64,000 nt of DNA from Candidatus Diapherotrites archaeon ADurb.Bin253 (GCA_002069705.1 MWBV01000002.1:2691-66690); one strand, 5' to 3'; shown: positions 8,013 to 16,967, counted from the stretch's first letter. Numbers and translations are program-made. Notes: generated from the letters alone by a model not told the origin.

Positions 8013-11000
8013 ATGAAAAGAGAAGTGACATTGTTGTTAGTTTTTACATTATTTCTAATTCCTTTATCAACTATTAATGCAGCAGATGAATTAAAAGGTC
8101 TTGAATCTGCTTATACCTGCCTTGATAATAGAATTAATTTAACAGGATGTTCTGCTCTTAAATTTGAGGAAAAAGTTTTTTCTTATCTAGCTTCAGGAAA
8201 CTGTGGAAATGAATTATCTTTAGAAAATCGTTCTAATGAGTGTTGGCCAAAATCAGGATGTACATTAAAATCCACTGCGCAGGCAATATTGGCTTTAAAT
8301 TCCAGAGCAGATACAAAAAAAGCTGAAAACTGGCTTTTAAGACAAACAACATCGCCTGAAAATATTGAATGGTTTTTGGAAATAGAATCTAAATCAGGAG
8401 CTACTTTATGTGATATTTCTTATTCTGGAGCAACTTATAAAGTTACAATAGGAGAAGATAGAAAAATTTCTTCTAATGCAGGAAATCATTTGACTTTAGC
8501 ACAAGACGGATATTTATTAAGCATTTCTAATAAGATACACAACAAAGAAATTGAAATTTCTTGTGATAAACCATTTTTAACAACACTTCTTTTTATAAAA
8601 AAAGGTACTTCTACAATTCATGTTTCAAATAGAGTTATTAATTCAGGACCAGGTGGAAAAACAATAGAAAAAGTTGATTCATTTTGTTTTGCACAAGCAG
8701 GAAAATGTAACTATGAAGGGAGTTTATGGGCTGCTCTTGTTCTATATTCTTTAGGTTATGAGGAAGAAATTTTAAAATTCACCCCTTATTTAATCACAAT
8801 GAAAGACGAGACATCTAACCAAATTTATATCCCAGAATCTTTTTTATATTATGTCACAGGAAAATTCCAAATTGACCTTCTTCAGCTACAAAGACTTAAC
8901 TCATATTGGGAAGAATCAGGAAATAAATATTATGACACTGCCATTGCATTACTTCCTCTCTCTGGTGATAACCTACCTCAAAAATCTAGTTCAAAATCCT
9001 GGCTTTTATCTGTACAAGATAAAAATGGATGTTGGAACAATGGAAATATAAGAGATACTGCATTTTTACTTTATTCAGTATGGTCAAAAAATCCCCTTTC
9101 TCCTGTTGGACGTTGTGATTATTATTATGATTGTCCAGACATAGATTGTAAATCTAAAAGTTGTGTAAATGGGAAATGCGTCTATGAATCTGATGGAAGT
9201 TGTGTTTATGCTAAATGTACAAAAGATTCTCAATGTGATGAATATGATTCTACTTCAAAAGAAAAAATTTGCGGAAGCAAAAATACTGTTTATCGCGAAA
9301 AATATGATTATTCTTGTAATCTCGCTAAGGGAATATGTGAAGCAGAGGTAACAGATGAAGTAGTTGAAACTTGTTCTGATTCAAAAAGATGTGAAGATGG
9401 AAAATGTATTCAAGATAGTTGTATAGTATCTCTTTTTTGTGATGAGGGATATAAATGTGTAAAAGGAACTTGTATTAAAACAGGAGGTTCGTGTACTGAT
9501 GATTCTGATTGTTCAGATTATGAATATTATGGAACTCCATATTGTAGTAAAGATAAATCTGCTGTTTATCAAGATTATTACCCTTATTATTGTGATACAA
9601 AAAAAGAGTTATGTTCTCCTAAAACTAAAATAGAAGAGGAGCTTGAAGTTTGTGGTACATCAAAAGAATGTTATGAAGGAACTTGTTTAATTATAGAATG
9701 TTCTGATTCAAATCCTTGCGAATCAGGTTACAAATGCCATGAAGGAAGCTGTGTACCTGAAACAGTCTGTTACACTAAGAGTGATTGTCCTAAGAAAGAA
9801 TGTTATGAGGTTTCTTGTAATTCTGGAACCTGCATTTACTCTTATGTTTGCGATGATAAAGAGTGTAATGAGGATAAGGACTGTTCTCACATGAATACAG
9901 AAGGAATAACATTTTGTGGAGGGAAAGATGATAATGATGTTTATATTGAGGTTTTTGAGCACACTTGTAAAGATAATCTTTGCGTTTCAAGTACAACAGA
10001 AAAATTAGTAAAAGAATGTGACGATGCAACAGAAGAGTGCAATTGGGGAGTATGCGAAGAGGCTGATAATAAAAATTATTGTAGTGGTGATATTGACTGT
10101 TATGGTTATGAATACTGTGATGTTTCTGGAGTTTGTTCTCCTAGGTCTTGCATAGATGATTATGATTGTTATGGAGGAGTATGTTCAACAAGCGGATATT
10201 GTGAATCTCCTGATAGTTGCGAAGATGCAGGATATTATTGTACCACTCCATCAACTTGTAAGGGAAATATAATGCAGGAATATTCTTGTAATAAAGGTAT
10301 TTTAAAGTGTTGTGATACAGAACCCCCTTTAATGCCTTGTGAAGATTTGGGTGGAAAAATATGTTCTGAAGAACAATCTTGTGTTGGTGGAGCAGAAATG
10401 AGATCATCAGATGAATTAGATTATGGTGAAACCTGTTGTGTTGGAGGAATATGTGATGAAGGAGGTTCAACAGAAGATATCAATTGCATAGATAAAGAGG
10501 GAGAGTGCAGGTCCTCTGATTCTTGTAAAAAGGGAGAATCTGAAAAAGATTATATTTGCGGGGATAATCAAATTTGTTGTATTAAGGATAATGATAAACC
10601 TAAAAAAGGATGGGTGTTGATAGTTATCTTGCTGATTTTAATATTTTTAGTTGTTATAGGAATAGTTTTCAGAGATAAATTGAGAACTGAATGGATAAAA
10701 TTAAAAGATAAGATGAGTGGGAAAAAATCAAAGAAAAAGCCTGATATGCCTATGACAATGCAACCAACTTCTCAAGGAAGAATTTTACCTAGAAGAATTT
10801 TACCTCCAGGGCAACAGCCTTCAGGACCTCCTCAACAAACCAGATTCCCTATGAGAACAATGGGACAGCCTATTTCAGGACAATCTCCAGCCCAACCCCT
10901 TCCAGTACCTAAACCAACTTTTACAGGACAAACTAAGCCTTCTACTCCTAAAAAACCAGAAGAAAAATCTAAAGGTGGAGAATTAGATGATGTTTTAAAG

Positions 11001-11024
11001 AAGTTGAGAGAAATGGAAAAATAG
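8013..11024 (+). CDS. Chimeric surface protein, 1003 aa: signal peptide, alpha/alpha-toroid-like domain, long Cys-rich repeat region, TM helix, Pro/Gln-rich cytoplasmic tail
   Basis: Signal peptide MKREVTLLLVFTLFLIPLSTINA. The N-terminal ~350 aa carry terpene-cyclase/prenyltransferase-like repeat signatures (STAQAILAL, GSLWAALVLYSLG, YDTAIALLPL, QDKNGCWNNGNIRDTAFLLYSVW). Dozens of Cys sit in repeated modules. TM helix WVLIVILLILIFLVVIGIVF. The tail is PDMPMTMQPTSQGRILPRRILPPGQQPSGPPQQ.... Confidence 0.7.
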   Translation: MKREVTLLLVFTLFLIPLSTINAADELKGLESAYTCLDNRINLTGCSALKFEEKVFSYLASGNCGNELSLENRSNECWPKSGCTLKSTAQAILALNSRADTKKAENWLLRQTTSPENIEWFLEIESKSGATLCDISYSGATYKVTIGEDRKISSNAGNHLTLAQDGYLLSISNKIHNKEIEISCDKPFLTTLLFIKKGTSTIHVSNRVINSGPGGKTIEKVDSFCFAQAGKCNYEGSLWAALVLYSLGYEEEILKFTPYLITMKDETSNQIYIPESFLYYVTGKFQIDLLQLQRLNSYWEESGNKYYDTAIALLPLSGDNLPQKSSSKSWLLSVQDKNGCWNNGNIRDTAFLLYSVWSKNPLSPVGRCDYYYDCPDIDCKSKSCVNGKCVYESDGSCVYAKCTKDSQCDEYDSTSKEKICGSKNTVYREKYDYSCNLAKGICEAEVTDEVVETCSDSKRCEDGKCIQDSCIVSLFCDEGYKCVKGTCIKTGGSCTDDSDCSDYEYYGTPYCSKDKSAVYQDYYPYYCDTKKELCSPKTKIEEELEVCGTSKECYEGTCLIIECSDSNPCESGYKCHEGSCVPETVCYTKSDCPKKECYEVSCNSGTCIYSYVCDDKECNEDKDCSHMNTEGITFCGGKDDNDVYIEVFEHTCKDNLCVSSTTEKLVKECDDATEECNWGVCEEADNKNYCSGDIDCYGYEYCDVSGVCSPRSCIDDYDCYGGVCSTSGYCESPDSCEDAGYYCTTPSTCKGNIMQEYSCNKGILKCCDTEPPLMPCEDLGGKICSEEQSCVGGAEMRSSDELDYGETCCVGGICDEGGSTEDINCIDKEGECRSSDSCKKGESEKDYICGDNQICCIKDNDKPKKGWVLIVILLILIFLVVIGIVFRDKLRTEWIKLKDKMSGKKSKKKPDMPMTMQPTSQGRILPRRILPPGQQPSGPPQQTRFPMRTMGQPISGQSPAQPLPVPKPTFTGQTKPSTPKKPEEKSKGGELDDVLKKLREMEK

Positions 11025-11027
11025 ATT

Positions 11028-11504
11028 TTATTTCTTTTTTTCTTGGTCTTTATTTTCTGGTAATAATTCTTTAAGCTTTTTTTGCATCTCTGAATTTTGA
11101 AACTGTAAAACTCTTGCAACTTCTTCATATCCATGAAGCCTTCTTGTTAATTCACTTAATATATCTGTCCAACCATTATTTGTAAGAGCTATCAATTCTG
11201 GTTCAACAACTTCAACATGTGCAGGCATATACTTAAACATTATAATCGCTAAATATAAAATATCTTCAACTTCTAAATCAACTTCAGCAAAAGTAGTGTA
11301 AAAATCTTTTGTGTCTTTTATTAATACAGGTTCATTTATCTTTTTGTTAGTTACTTTAACTCCTTTTTCTTCTCCCATCTTTTTTATTAAACCTTCTAAT
11401 GTAGTTACAAGTTGTTCTGCTGGTCTTCCGATTATTTCAAGTATGATTGTAGAACTAATTACTTTTTTTCCTGAATCTTCTTTATTTGAACTCTGTTTTT
11501 TCAT
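11028..11504 (-). CDS. Hypothetical protein, 158 aa
   Basis: Track ORF with protein-like composition. It is the last gene of a minus-strand trio and overlaps the upstream ComEA-like gene by 23 nt. No motif recognised. Confidence 0.5.
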   Translation of the reverse strand: MKKQSSNKEDSGKKVISSTIILEIIGRPAEQLVTTLEGLIKKMGEEKGVKVTNKKINEPVLIKDTKDFYTTFAEVDLEVEDILYLAIIMFKYMPAHVEVVEPELIALTNNGWTDILSELTRRLHGYEEVARVLQFQNSEMQKKLKELLPENKDQEKKK

Positions 11505-12087
11505 TTTTTTGTTTCTTCATTTTAAACAAGAAAAAAACCAAAATGCCTAAAAATACTAGCCCATAAATTGCAAATTTGTTCTTGTCTAATTCTTTTTTGT
11601 ACGGTTCTGTTTTTATACTTTTTGGAGATATTGGAGAGAGTATTATTGGCTTTATTTCTTGTTCCTCTTGTATTTTATTTTCTTCAGGATTTACACTAAT
11701 TTTTTTTATTTGTTTTATTGTTTCTTTTTTATCTTCCTTTTCTTCATCCTCTTTATCTTCCCCAGATTCATCCTCTTCTTCATTATCTTCTTGTTCTTCC
11801 CCATCTTCCTCTTCATCACTTACACAAGCAAGTCCTTGCTGTTTTATATTAGAAAGTGTAACATCACCTATCCCAACAACATTTAACAAGTCATCTAATT
11901 TATTGAAAGGACGAGAATTAATTATTGCCTGTGCTTTAACAGGACCTATTCCTGCAAGTTTGTCCAACTCTTCTAATGAAGCAGTATTAATATCAATTTG
12001 ATTCTTTTGACAGGAAGCAGATATCAAGCTAAAATTTATAATTGAAAATATGAAAAATACAATGAAAAAAAGAAATTTCTTTTTCAT
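11482..12087 (-). CDS. ComEA-like helix-hairpin-helix DNA-binding protein with signal peptide, acidic linker and C-terminal membrane anchor
   Basis: Signal peptide MKKKFLFFIVFFIFSIINFSLISASC. A tandem HhH follows: IDINTASLEELDKLAGIGPVKAQAIINSRPFNKLDDLLNVVGIGDVTLSNIKQ (ComEA signature). Then a D/E-rich linker and a C-terminal TM FAIYGLVFLGILVFFLF followed by KMKKQK. Confidence 0.7.
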   Translation of the reverse strand: MKKKFLFFIVFFIFSIINFSLISASCQKNQIDINTASLEELDKLAGIGPVKAQAIINSRPFNKLDDLLNVVGIGDVTLSNIKQQGLACVSDEEEDGEEQEDNEEEDESGEDKEDEEKEDKKETIKQIKKISVNPEENKIQEEQEIKPIILSPISPKSIKTEPYKKELDKNKFAIYGLVFLGILVFFLFKMKKQKNEKTEFK

Positions 12088-12118
12088 TTAAATAATTAAA
12101 TAAAGTTTGTTTTAAGGA

Positions 12119-12598
12119 TTATTGTTCTGTATTCTGTTGTTTTGAATTATACTTTTCAGAGAAGTCAATATATTCTATTTCTATTTTTCTTCCTTTCATA
12201 TTCTTTTTTGCAATTAATATTCTTGAGAAAATTTTATTTTCAATAAGCCACAAACACATCCCTTTTTCAGATTGGTCCAAATACCCGTTACTTTTAACTT
12301 CCAGCCCAATAACTTCATATCTTCCAGTTTCATCTTTTTTAAAACAGACAAAATCTGGGAACCCTGTTCCAATACTCAAAGCTTTCAAAAAAGGATTGTA
12401 TTTTCTTTTTGCAGGAACTATCTTGTTTTTTTCATAGTCAATATTATTCATCCATTTATTTACAATCCAACCCATTTCCTCTAGATTCTCACGTACTTTA
12501 GCTTCAAACCTTCTTCCTGCAGCACGATTTTTCTTACCCTGACTTGAATGTGCTGATTTAGTCTGTTTTTTTATATCAACTCCTTTTTTGGATACCAT
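12119..12598 (-). CDS. Hjc-like PD-(D/E)XK nuclease (Holliday junction resolvase family candidate)
   Basis: The motif order is AGRRFEAKVRENLEEMGW ... GFPDFVCF ... IGLEVKS. This matches the Hjc G..E / PD / E-x-K catalytic layout. There is a basic N-terminal tail and no signal peptide. Confidence 0.55.
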   Translation of the reverse strand: MVSKKGVDIKKQTKSAHSSQGKKNRAAGRRFEAKVRENLEEMGWIVNKWMNNIDYEKNKIVPAKRKYNPFLKALSIGTGFPDFVCFKKDETGRYEVIGLEVKSNGYLDQSEKGMCLWLIENKIFSRILIAKKNMKGRKIEIEYIDFSEKYNSKQQNTEQ

Positions 12599-12785
12599 TT
12601 TACAATTTATTTATAGAGTTTATTTTTGATAAATCTTTTGTAGAATCCCATGTATATATTTCTGTTGTTTTTAATTCAGAGTCTCTAAATAATTTTTGAT
12701 TATGTCTTATTAAATAGTATTGTTTAGTATCTAACGAGTGGTAACAAATAGAAAGACTTATATACTAGCAACGTGTAGTATATTT

Positions 12786-13601
12786 ATGAGAGAGCTTACA
12801 GATATATTAGGACAACCAATTGAATCAAAAACTGATTTCAATAAATGGAATTCTAAAAGTTCTTGTGATACCTATCTGCCTAATTCACCAATTTATCTAA
12901 AAAAAATCAATAATGCAGATAGTGAACAATCACAAAAAATAGGCTATTTTATTGAAAGAGAATTAAAGTGGTTAGACAGCAATGAATATATTTCTAGAAA
13001 AAAAGAAGCAACTGGAATGTCAGAAAGCAAGATAAAAAACGATATCCAAAAGATTAAAGAACAACTTGCAAAAACAAAACTAAATATTTCAAATAAAAGA
13101 GATGATTTAGCAAAAGGGGTTTATTATCAAGACAAAAAAAATCCAGTTATTAATATATTTAAAGATGGTAGCAGATATCGCACTTTAAATGCTATCGACC
13201 ATGAGATAAAACATGCTGTTTCAGAACAAGCTCTTGAAACTATGGATGATTTAATCAAGGTATTTACAAGCAATTATAGGAAATACCCTAAAATAAATAA
13301 TAAAAGAGTAATAGATTATTTAATCCCTGTAGAAACATTGGGGAAATGGGCAAGTAAAGCACCAGAACAGCAAGTTATTTCTAAAAGAATAATGGATATT
13401 ATGGAAACAGATTATGGCATCAAAAGAGGTTCTAAATTGACAACAGATAATCTAAAAAAATTAATATCTGATTTAAACCATCAGATAAAAACAAGGGATG
13501 AAAGAAATAGTGATATCATAGCAATGCTTTACAAGATGAAACAAAAACACAAAGATTCTTATCAAAGCAAATTGTGTGAAATGGTAAATAACGCATATTA
13601 G
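12786..13601 (+). CDS. Hypothetical protein carrying an HExxH motif
   Basis: The track ORF starts at a GTG (12738). The ATG at 12786 (MRELTDILG) is more plausible. It contains IDHEIKHAVSE (HExxH, zinc-metalloprotease-like), but no other family signature was recognised. Confidence 0.5.
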   Translation: MRELTDILGQPIESKTDFNKWNSKSSCDTYLPNSPIYLKKINNADSEQSQKIGYFIERELKWLDSNEYISRKKEATGMSESKIKNDIQKIKEQLAKTKLNISNKRDDLAKGVYYQDKKNPVINIFKDGSRYRTLNAIDHEIKHAVSEQALETMDDLIKVFTSNYRKYPKINNKRVIDYLIPVETLGKWASKAPEQQVISKRIMDIMETDYGIKRGSKLTTDNLKKLISDLNHQIKTRDERNSDIIAMLYKMKQKHKDSYQSKLCEMVNNAY

Positions 13602-13641
13602 AAAAAACATCTAAGTTGCTCTAATCTACTAGTTAATTTTT

Positions 13642-13830
13642 TTATCCAATCAATCTATTAAAAATAATTCCAATTGCTATTATAATTAAAACAACTGGTA
13701 ACCAAGGCACATATAAATCAATAATATCCATTTCTCTTAATAGCCATAAAGTTGCAAATATTAGAATTATAAATCCAAGCACAGGAAATCTTCTCCTGTA
13801 AGTTGTTCTACGATATCTATGAACTGCCAT
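13642..13830 (-). CDS. Small membrane protein, 62 aa
   Basis: Track ORF with two hydrophobic helices after a basic N-terminus (RYRRTTYRRRFPVLGFIILIFATLWLL). Confidence 0.45.
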   Translation of the reverse strand: MAVHRYRRTTYRRRFPVLGFIILIFATLWLLREMDIIDLYVPWLPVVLIIIAIGIIFNRLIG

Positions 13831-13831
13831 T

Positions 13832-14035
13832 TTACTTGTTTATTATTGAAGGCATTAAGTATTTATTGAATATATTGTATAAATCAATAACTAATCCTAA
13901 TAACCCTATTATAATTAAAAGATATCCTCCATACTTTATATATTTTATCTTGTATTTTGAGAATTTAAGTCCAAAGATTAAAAGTAAAACAAATATAATT
14001 ATTCCCAGAATATAAAAGAAAGCAGGATTTATCAT
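13832..14035 (-). CDS. Small membrane protein, 67 aa
   Basis: Track ORF with two hydrophobic helices. There is a 1-nt gap to the downstream small membrane ORF. Confidence 0.45.
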   Translation of the reverse strand: MINPAFFYILGIIIFVLLLIFGLKFSKYKIKYIKYGGYLLIIIGLLGLVIDLYNIFNKYLMPSIINK

Positions 14036-14046
14036 AATTATTTATA

Positions 14047-14232
14047 TCACAAGTCTCTTGCTTGAAGAGTTCTCCTCCCATTTGCCTTTGCTCTTTTTAT
14101 TGCTTCATCTAATATCTCTTCAACTTTTCTTTCAAGAGCAATTTCAACTTCATCTGCAACAGAAGATATTGCATTTTCTTTATCTAGTTCTTTAACTCTT
14201 GGACGAATATTTGATTTTATTATTAATCCCAT
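14047..14232 (-). CDS. Small histone-fold-like (DUF1931-like) protein, tentative
   Basis: 61 aa. The C-terminal AIKRAKANGRRTLQARDL resembles the end of histone-fold proteins. It sits 2 nt downstream of lysS. Confidence 0.35.
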   Translation of the reverse strand: MGLIIKSNIRPRVKELDKENAISSVADEVEIALERKVEEILDEAIKRAKANGRRTLQARDL

Positions 14233-14234
14233 TT

Positions 14235-15692
14235 TTATTTCTCTTTATTTATTTCAGGTTTCATTAAAGGGAAAATAACACACTCTCTTAATGTTTTTCC
14301 CATTAAAAATGCAAACAATCTTTCACTTAATCCAAATCCACATGTAGGAGGCATACCATATTTCAAAGCTTCAACAAATCCTTTATCATGTTCCATACTC
14401 TCTTCATCTCCTGCTTCTTTTTGTTTTGATTGTTCTTTAAATCTTTCTTCTTGGTCTAAAGGATCATTCAATTCTGAATATCCGTTTCCTACCTCACTTC
14501 CAGCAATTATAACTTGAAATTGTTCAACCTTTCTTTTATCTTCTGGATTTCTCTTTGCAAGAGGAGAGAGTTCAACAGGTTGCCCTGTTAAAAATCCAGG
14601 TCCAGATATTTTTTTTCTACAATATTTCCAAAGCTGATCCACAAGCCTCCATTTATCAACTGAAGGATTATATTCTATTTTTAATTCATTTAGTTTTTTC
14701 TTTATTTCATTTACATCTGCCTTGTAAATATCTATTTTTGTTTCTTTTTTTATGAGTGTTTCAAAATCATAAATTTCCCATTTTTTAGAGAAATCAACTT
14801 TATACCCATGTATATCAAATTTCATTTTTCCAAATACTTCTTTTGAAACTTTCTTATACATCTCTTCAACAAGTTTCATTCCATCTTGATAATTTGCATA
14901 ACTCCAGTAAAATTCCATTTGAGTGTAATCCTGTAAATGTTCCATATCCATTCCTTCATTTCTGAATTGTCTTCCTATTTCAAATGTTTTTTCATATCCT
15001 GCAACCATTAATTTTTTCTGCCATAATTCCCCCATTGAAATTCTCAAATAAACATCTAAATCTAAAGCATTATGATGAGTTATAAATGGTTTTGCAGCTG
15101 CTCCTCCAGCAGAACTCTCAAGAACAGGAGTTTCAACTTCTAAAAATCCTTTTTCAAGAAGAAAATTTCTTATTGAATTCCAGAATTTTGCTTTTTTAAC
15201 AAACATCTCTTTAACATCTTTGTTCATTAAAATATCCAAATATCTTTTTCTATATCTTTCTTCTTCATCTTGTAATCCTTTCCATTTTTCAGGTAAAGGC
15301 AATATTGATTTTGAGATAATCTCTATCTTTTTTACAAGTATAGATATTTCTCCTGTCTTTGTTTTTATTATTTCTCCTTCAACCCCAACAAAATCTCCAG
15401 AATCTAAATATTTCTTAAAAAATTCTCTGAACTTTTCAGGTGTCTCTTTTTCCTGAATAACTAATTGTATATCTCCAGTTCCATCTCTTAAAACACAGAA
15501 AGCTATTTTACCTAAATCTCTTTTAGTCATTAATCTTCCTGCTGTTTTGACTTTGCTTTTAATCTTACTTTTAGAACATTCAAGGCAAGTTTGTTTTTTG
15601 TCATATTTGTTTGGATAAGGATTAATTCCCTCTTTTCTTAACTCTTCAAGTTTCCTTATTCTTTCACTTATTATTTGCTCTTCTCGTCCCAT
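14235..15692 (-). CDS. lysS: Lysyl-tRNA synthetase, class II
   Basis: 485 aa with an N-terminal OB anticodon-binding region. Class II motif 2 is FEIGRQFRNEG. Motif 3 region is GMPPTCGFGLSERLFAFL. Confidence 0.9.
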   Translation of the reverse strand: MGREEQIISERIRKLEELRKEGINPYPNKYDKKQTCLECSKSKIKSKVKTAGRLMTKRDLGKIAFCVLRDGTGDIQLVIQEKETPEKFREFFKKYLDSGDFVGVEGEIIKTKTGEISILVKKIEIISKSILPLPEKWKGLQDEEERYRKRYLDILMNKDVKEMFVKKAKFWNSIRNFLLEKGFLEVETPVLESSAGGAAAKPFITHHNALDLDVYLRISMGELWQKKLMVAGYEKTFEIGRQFRNEGMDMEHLQDYTQMEFYWSYANYQDGMKLVEEMYKKVSKEVFGKMKFDIHGYKVDFSKKWEIYDFETLIKKETKIDIYKADVNEIKKKLNELKIEYNPSVDKWRLVDQLWKYCRKKISGPGFLTGQPVELSPLAKRNPEDKRKVEQFQVIIAGSEVGNGYSELNDPLDQEERFKEQSKQKEAGDEESMEHDKGFVEALKYGMPPTCGFGLSERLFAFLMGKTLRECVIFPLMKPEINKEK

Positions 15693-15735
15693 TATTATTA
15701 AAAATAATTTTAGTTTTTATATTTAATCTTTACTT

Positions 15736-16170
15736 TCATTTTCTTCTTCTGAATCTATTTTTTCTATATCCTTTATTATCTAATTCTTCATTTAACATTT
15801 CATCAACTATTATTTGAAAATTATCTGTTCTTGGAACATGTGCATATTTTATTTTCTTAAATCTTTCTTGGAGTTTTTGAACTTTAAGAAATAATGGAAG
15901 AATATTTTTATTCCTCACTTTATACTCTCCTAAAAGTTGTTTAACAACAAGTTCTGAATCTAAAAAACAAGTTATTTCATCTTTAGTTATATTTGAAGCT
16001 AATTCCAATGCAAGAATTAACCCTTCATACTCTGCCACATTGTTTGTTGTGTTTTCACCTATAAACTTACTGTATTTAGTTATAATTTCCCCTTCTTTTC
16101 TTACAAGAGCAGCAACTGCTCCAGGACCAGGATTTCCTCTAGCACCTCCATCTGAATTTGTATATATCAT
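15736..16170 (-). CDS. rnhA: Ribonuclease HI
   Basis: TNSDGGARGNPGPGAVAALV, NNVAEYEGLILALELA and DSELVVKQLLGEYKV are typical type 1 RNase H motifs. Confidence 0.85.
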   Translation of the reverse strand: MIYTNSDGGARGNPGPGAVAALVRKEGEIITKYSKFIGENTTNNVAEYEGLILALELASNITKDEITCFLDSELVVKQLLGEYKVRNKNILPLFLKVQKLQERFKKIKYAHVPRTDNFQIIVDEMLNEELDNKGYRKNRFRRRK

Positions 16171-16230
16171 TTGTATTAATTATAATGACAACGTTTATAA
16201 AACATTCTTAGATTTTTATTTTTATATGAA

Positions 16231-16695
16231 ATGAAAAAAATATTGAAATTCCCAGAAGGAAACAAACAAATAAATCTTAGCTCATGCGGACCAAATGCAA
16301 TGAAGCAAGTTATATTGTATAAATTAGGGTTAGATATTCCAGAATATCAATTGATTAATATGTCCTGTTGTTCTACTGAAACAGGAACTCCAGTAAGAGG
16401 AATGATTCAGATATCTAAAAATTTTAACCTAAATCACAAACTAAAACATAACGCTTCAATAGATGACATTATTTATTCAATAAACACTAAAAATCCTGTA
16501 ATCTTACTTATTCAGGAATGGAAAAGCGGACACTATGTTGTTGCAAATGGTTATGACACTAAACACGAAAAAGTTTTCTATTATGACCCTCTTTACGGAA
16601 AAACAAGAAGTATAAACTATTCAACTTTAAATAAAAATTGGCATGGACTTGATGTTTTCCACAGAAATCGTATGGGCATATTTTTTGAAGATTAA
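16231..16695 (+). CDS. Papain-fold C39-like cysteine peptidase domain protein (stand-alone)
   Basis: Candidate catalytic Cys in LSSCGPNAMKQV and His in KSGHYVVANGYD, with the spacing typical of the C39-like fold. 154 aa, no transporter domain. Confidence 0.5.
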   Translation: MKKILKFPEGNKQINLSSCGPNAMKQVILYKLGLDIPEYQLINMSCCSTETGTPVRGMIQISKNFNLNHKLKHNASIDDIIYSINTKNPVILLIQEWKSGHYVVANGYDTKHEKVFYYDPLYGKTRSINYSTLNKNWHGLDVFHRNRMGIFFED

Positions 16696-16967
16696 ATGTG
16701 TAATATCTTGAATGTCTTGAAATCCTGAAATTTTTCAGGACGCATATCTATCCCTTTTATTTGAGAGTGTTTTGGACCTTTTTTACATAATTCAACAACT
16801 TTATTAACATCGTCTATATTTCCTTCTAAAAATATTTCAACTCTTCCATCTTCAAGATTTCTTACAAATCCTTTTACATTATGTCTTTCTGCATTCTCTT
16901 TAACAAAACCTCTAAAAAAGACATCCTGAATTGTTCCATCAATATACATTCTCACAGCTTTTTTCAT
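16692..16967 (-). CDS. acyP: Acylphosphatase
   Basis: 91 aa. VRMYIDGTIQDVFFRGFV and VKGFVRNLEDGRVEIFLEG match the acylphosphatase signatures. Confidence 0.85.
   Translation of the reverse strand: MKKAVRMYIDGTIQDVFFRGFVKENAERHNVKGFVRNLEDGRVEIFLEGNIDDVNKVVELCKKGPKHSQIKGIDMRPEKFQDFKTFKILHI

Noticed and set aside
10832-11134. Minus-strand ORF overlapping the Pro/Gln-rich tail of the 8013 gene
   Set aside because: It spans the stop codon region of two convergent real genes. It has no start context and reads as the antisense of the proline-rich tail.
11576-12001. Long antisense ORFs rich in S, F, L, I (examples: 11576-12001, 19467-19707, 22476-23141, 36641-36934, 63267-63746, 10141-10470, 9723-10029)
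   Set aside because: Each is the reverse-complement shadow of a K/E-rich or Cys-rich coding region with a clear family assignment or signal peptide on the other strand.
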